Shown: piece by piece, positions 60,765 to 64,000 of the stretch | Position numbering within the stretch: the stretch's first letter is position 1 | Layout of the letters: the number at the start of each line of letters is the position of its first letter | Assembly: GCA_963662285.2 (NCBI GenBank) | Contig: CAXXMV010000003.1 | Location: 352,001 to 416,000, forward strand | Length of the DNA stretch: 64,000 bases | Origin: a bacterium | GTDB taxonomy: Bacteria > Hinthialibacterota > Hinthialibacteria > Hinthialibacterales > Hinthialibacteraceae | Reading direction: 5' to 3' | Made by a program: the position numbers and the translations under genes | Notes under the pieces: model-generated | Told to the model about the DNA's origin: nothing | The model's database searches: none | What the model saw: only the letters and a program-made list of their open reading frames with translations

Positions 60765-61469
60765 TTGCCAAAACCCTTGATCAAGCCACCAACGATGATT
60801 TATAAACAAACGCCAATGGATGAATTAAATAACAATAAGTGGAAAGCAACTGAACAATTTCTATTCAAGCATTTAGTAGAAGTATTGATCCTCAGCGGGA
60901 TACTCTTGCTGCTGATAACTGCTGTTGCGCCTATTTATCAGCGAAGTTTGATAAAATCAAAGGTATCAAGTTCTTATGAGAGCCTCACTGAGTTGGTTGA
61001 AGCATTGATGCTCTATTCTCATGAGCAGCCCATTAATCAGGTTTTCCCTCCATCACAATCCACCTCGACGCCGGGGATATCGCTATGTCCCATTATCGAT
61101 CCATTTCCGGGCAATCTGGCATTTCTAACCACTCCGGTTTCTTATCTATCCAATGTGCCCTGCGATCCTTTTGTCAGCCAAGTGATTGATTCGTCAGAAT
61201 TTCTGACGCCTTTTGTAGTTCATTGGATTCGTTCTGGAAACGACCATTCACTTATGGCTTCAGGATACACCAATATAGGATGGGGCGCCTTCAGCATCGG
61301 TCCGGCCTTAGACTTGCCGCCGCAGTACAACATTACCATCCTACGCCGCGTCCCATACGAAAACGGCTCATTAAGCAGAAATCTTTATAATCCCAGCAAC
61401 GGCATGACCAGCGTAGGATTAATCTACTACGACAGCCTGGGAAACAGATCATCTGTATCTGAAATGTAA
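60765..61469 (+). CDS. Pseudopilin-family paralog with a degenerate prepilin cleavage site
   Basis: HLVEVLILSGILLLLITAVAP helix; FLTTPVSYL..VPCDPF; SIGP; YNPSNGMTSVG. True start probably ATG 60795 or 60816. Confidence 0.7.
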   Translation: MPKPLIKPPTMIYKQTPMDELNNNKWKATEQFLFKHLVEVLILSGILLLLITAVAPIYQRSLIKSKVSSSYESLTELVEALMLYSHEQPINQVFPPSQSTSTPGISLCPIIDPFPGNLAFLTTPVSYLSNVPCDPFVSQVIDSSEFLTPFVVHWIRSGNDHSLMASGYTNIGWGAFSIGPALDLPPQYNITILRRVPYENGSLSRNLYNPSNGMTSVGLIYYDSLGNRSSVSEM

Positions 61470-61496
61470 GTTATGATTATTGAGTTCGATTCTTTG

Positions 61497-61810
61497 GTCA
61501 GAATCAGGATTTACCGGATTAAAGTATGAACTTGATAAACATCCTGAGTATCCTTATATCCAGGGTATCCAGATTCAGACAGGCTTTTCTCTTTTGTCAG
61601 AATCAGGATTTGCCGGATTAAAGGATGAACTTGATAAAAGCCTAAACTAACATCCAGGGTATCCTTCCATCCAGGGTATCCAGTTTCAGACAGGCTTTTC
61701 TCTTTGGTCAGAATCAGGATGTGCCGGATTAAAGGATGAACTTGACAAAAGCCTAAACAAACATCATGAGTATCCTTTTATCCAGGGCATCCAGATTCAA
61801 ACAGGCTTTT
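61497..61810. repeat. Three tandem imperfect palindromes (84, 96, 96 bp) with a constant AGGCTTTTCTCTTT(T/G) linker
   Basis: Units 61497-61580, 61596-61691, 61707-61802; each reads GTCAGAATCAGGAT..GGAT..GGAT..TGAT-loop-ATCC..ATCC..ATCC..ATCCAG(A/T)TTCAGAC. Confidence 0.95.
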
Positions 61811-62181
61811 CAGGTCTTCCGAAATAATCGCTTAAACTCGAGTTTAAGACCGCCAAAATTGATGAGCAATCCAATATCGATATTATAGGCTGTCAGGTAG
61901 TTTAATCCTTGGGCAATATGGACATCTTCCAATTTCGTTAGAGCTTTCAATTCTACTATAACGATGTTTTCTACTAAAAAATCTACACGTCTTAATCCGA
62001 TTTCCTGCTCTTTATAAAAAATAGGCATCTCTTGCTCACGGGCAAAACCGATCTTTGCTTCTACCAATTCTATAGCGAGCGCCTTTTGATAAATGACTTC
62101 TTGAAAACCGCCGCCTAGAAAGTTATGAACGTTCATGGCGCAGCCAATGATTTTATGCGTTAACGGATCGTCGACAGTCAT
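61810..62181 (-). CDS. GxxExxY protein (PD-(D/E)XK nuclease family)
   Basis: IIGCAMNVH..LGGGFQEVIYQKAL (GxxExxY), RVDFLV..IVELK, AQGLNYL, GLLINFG..LEFKRL. Confidence 0.93.
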   Translation of the reverse strand: MTVDDPLTHKIIGCAMNVHNFLGGGFQEVIYQKALAIELVEAKIGFAREQEMPIFYKEQEIGLRRVDFLVENIVIVELKALTKLEDVHIAQGLNYLTAYNIDIGLLINFGGLKLEFKRLFRKT

Positions 62182-62204
62182 TTTTTTAGTAGGCCTCTCA
62201 TTTT

Positions 62205-62410
62205 ATCAGAATCAGGATTTGCCGGATTAAAGGATGAACTTGATAAAAGCCTAAAACAAACATCCTGCATATCCTTCCATCCAGGGTATCCAGTTTCAGA
62301 CAGGCTTTTCTCTTTTGTCAGAATCAGGATTTGCTGGATTAAAGGATTAACTTGATAAACATCCTGAATATCCTTCTATCCGGGGTATCCAGATTCAGAC
62401 GGGCTTTTCT
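62205..62410. repeat. Two further palindromic units (97, 84 bp) of the same array
   Basis: Units 62205-62301 and 62317-62400, same orientation and linker as the left three. Confidence 0.95.
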
Positions 62411-62447
62411 ATCACAGTTGTTTAATTACATCAATGGAAAATCAGGA

Positions 62448-64000
62448 TTATTGCAAGGAAGCGCTTCGGGTGGGATCAAGTATCAGCATGTGTTTTATCT
62501 CAGACTTGGCTTTGTCAACCATGCCTAAGGCCTGGTAGGCTTGCGCCATTTTTTGGCGGATGCGCAGGGCGGATGAATCCAGGTTGGCGCACATCTGGTA
62601 GTGCGTAATTGCTTCTTCCTGGCGTCCTACAGTAGACAGAGAATCGGCTAATATCTCATGCAGTAATATCTCATTCGGATTATCTTTAACCGCATGAAGC
62701 AGCACGTCTATAGATCGATCCAACTCAGAATGCAGGAAGAATAATCCTGAAAGACGGGCGTATCCCCAAGTAGAAACATATCCATGTTGCGCTGCTATCG
62801 ATAGTAGCGATTCCAGTTTCTCCGGTTCGGGAGTGGCGGGCAGGGCGCCTTGTTTATAAAAAGCAGTTATTGACTCAGTAGCATAGAGCGCCGCTGCATC
62901 ACTGCGGTACGGCGTATGATAAAAAGCATTAGCTATGCGTTTTGAATTATCAGATTGTTGTACGGCGTCGAATCTATAGATAGCCCTATCAGTGCGCCAA
63001 TTCGGGTAGATATTCCAAACAATGCTTACCAATAAGAAACCCGTGATGCCAATGCTGGCCCATTTGATGGTTTTGCAGTCGGGCGATTGCTCATCTTCCA
63101 TCTCCTCGGGATCTTCATCAGTTATATGCCCGGCATTCTGAATGCACACGATAGCAATCCATGTAAGAGGATGCGCCAGCCAGATATGGACTGAAGGTCC
63201 AATGAATAATCCCCCGCAGAACAATAGAGAGACTCCGGTTGGATAGCGTAAATCATCCCTACGGCGTGAAAATCCAGCTTCGGCGATCATCAACAATAAA
63301 CCAATGGCAATAGCGGAAGGGATGAAATAATCCACCCCGAATTTTGCTTCATTAAAGAATAGAGCCTCTTGGGAAATCCCTCCAATCATAGTAATTGAGG
63401 TCTTAACAGGCAGAATATGTTCAAACATATTAAAAGACTGGTGAGCCAACGCCGCTAAGCGGTCAAATAGACCGAAATACCCCAATAGACACAGCATAAT
63501 ATGTAAAACAGGAAAAAAGTAAGACCGGATAGTAAAGTTTCGCGGATTACAAGTAAAAAGGAAAAAGATGACCGTAATCAGGCCTGACAGTATAAACAAA
63601 TCCCGGCTGACCAATGGACATAGCAGCAACACCCACGCGGCTGGAAACAAACATTGAATACCAGCCAGTTTACGACCGATTCCAGAAAAACTAAAAGCAG
63701 CAATCAGAACAGTAGTAATCGCTGTCGCCATCTGCATAAGAAACACGCCGGTTTGGGATTCAGGGGAGGTTATGGCGCAGGGCAACGTTATTCCTGAATC
63801 CAGAGTAAGAGAGGATGGTGGATACATATTTGAGGTTAATGATGCAAAATTATTAAATGGAAATAACCAGGCCGGTTCAGGGAAATAAAAAGATAGCATC
63901 CAGAGCATGACTGTGGAGATTATCAATCCAACAAAAACCGGCGTCCGGTTGTCTCGAAGTGATATAACCAGAAGAACTCCCATAGCTGATACAGGCCATA
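62448..64000 (-). CDS. Polytopic membrane protein with C-terminal TPRs (O-antigen ligase/TPR-like architecture); probably 5'-truncated by window edge
   Basis: Many hydrophobic helices followed by TPR-like repeats; frame is open upstream of 63983 to the window end. Confidence 0.65.
   Translation of the reverse strand, partial: WPVSAMGVLLVISLRDNRTPVFVGLIISTVMLWMLSFYFPEPAWLFPFNNFASLTSNMYPPSSLTLDSGITLPCAITSPESQTGVFLMQMATAITTVLIAAFSFSGIGRKLAGIQCLFPAAWVLLLCPLVSRDLFILSGLITVIFFLFTCNPRNFTIRSYFFPVLHIMLCLLGYFGLFDRLAALAHQSFNMFEHILPVKTSITMIGGISQEALFFNEAKFGVDYFIPSAIAIGLLLMIAEAGFSRRRDDLRYPTGVSLLFCGGLFIGPSVHIWLAHPLTWIAIVCIQNAGHITDEDPEEMEDEQSPDCKTIKWASIGITGFLLVSIVWNIYPNWRTDRAIYRFDAVQQSDNSKRIANAFYHTPYRSDAAALYATESITAFYKQGALPATPEPEKLESLLSIAAQHGYVSTWGYARLSGLFFLHSELDRSIDVLLHAVKDNPNEILLHEILADSLSTVGRQEEAITHYQMCANLDSSALRIRQKMAQAYQALGMVDKAKSEIKHMLILDPTRSASLQ

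Noticed and set aside
61497-62410. CRISPR array
   Set aside because: Units are 84-97 bp palindromes with near-constant loops and linkers; there are no unique spacers and no cas genes.

Overview
Bacterial chromosomal window of moderate GC. Solo GspG-like pseudopilins with LTTP..Y...P.DP and Y.PSNG..S.G motifs, plus Pro/Thr-linker secreted proteins ending in LDG(F/Y)GGIH repeats, suggest a Hinthialibacterota (OLB16)/Sumerlaeota-like organism; this is inference. The left third is dominated by secreted carbohydrate-active enzymes (two GH106-like, GH78, PL11-like, GH67-like), two tandem propeller-type surface proteins, two toxin-antitoxin pairs and a csp gene. The middle holds an AT-rich island (IS remnant, orphan ORF, attC-like site, in-frame fused BsuBI/PstI-type methylase-endonuclease) and a vsr-dcm-nuclease cassette bracketed by 52-bp direct repeats. 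Housekeeping genes follow (msrA, cobB, smpB, lptB, rex, xerC and others). Intergenic space carries at least five distinct small palindromic repeat families. The most striking object is at 61497-62410: a GxxExxY PD-(D/E)XK nuclease gene occupying one slot in a five-unit array of 84-97 bp GGAT/ATCC-box palindromes. The constant linker of this array overlaps the gene's stop codon and, in variant form, provides its likely RBS, making it a candidate nuclease-plus-repeat mobile system. No rRNA, tRNA or CRISPR array was seen. All calls come from reading the sequence; no searches were run.
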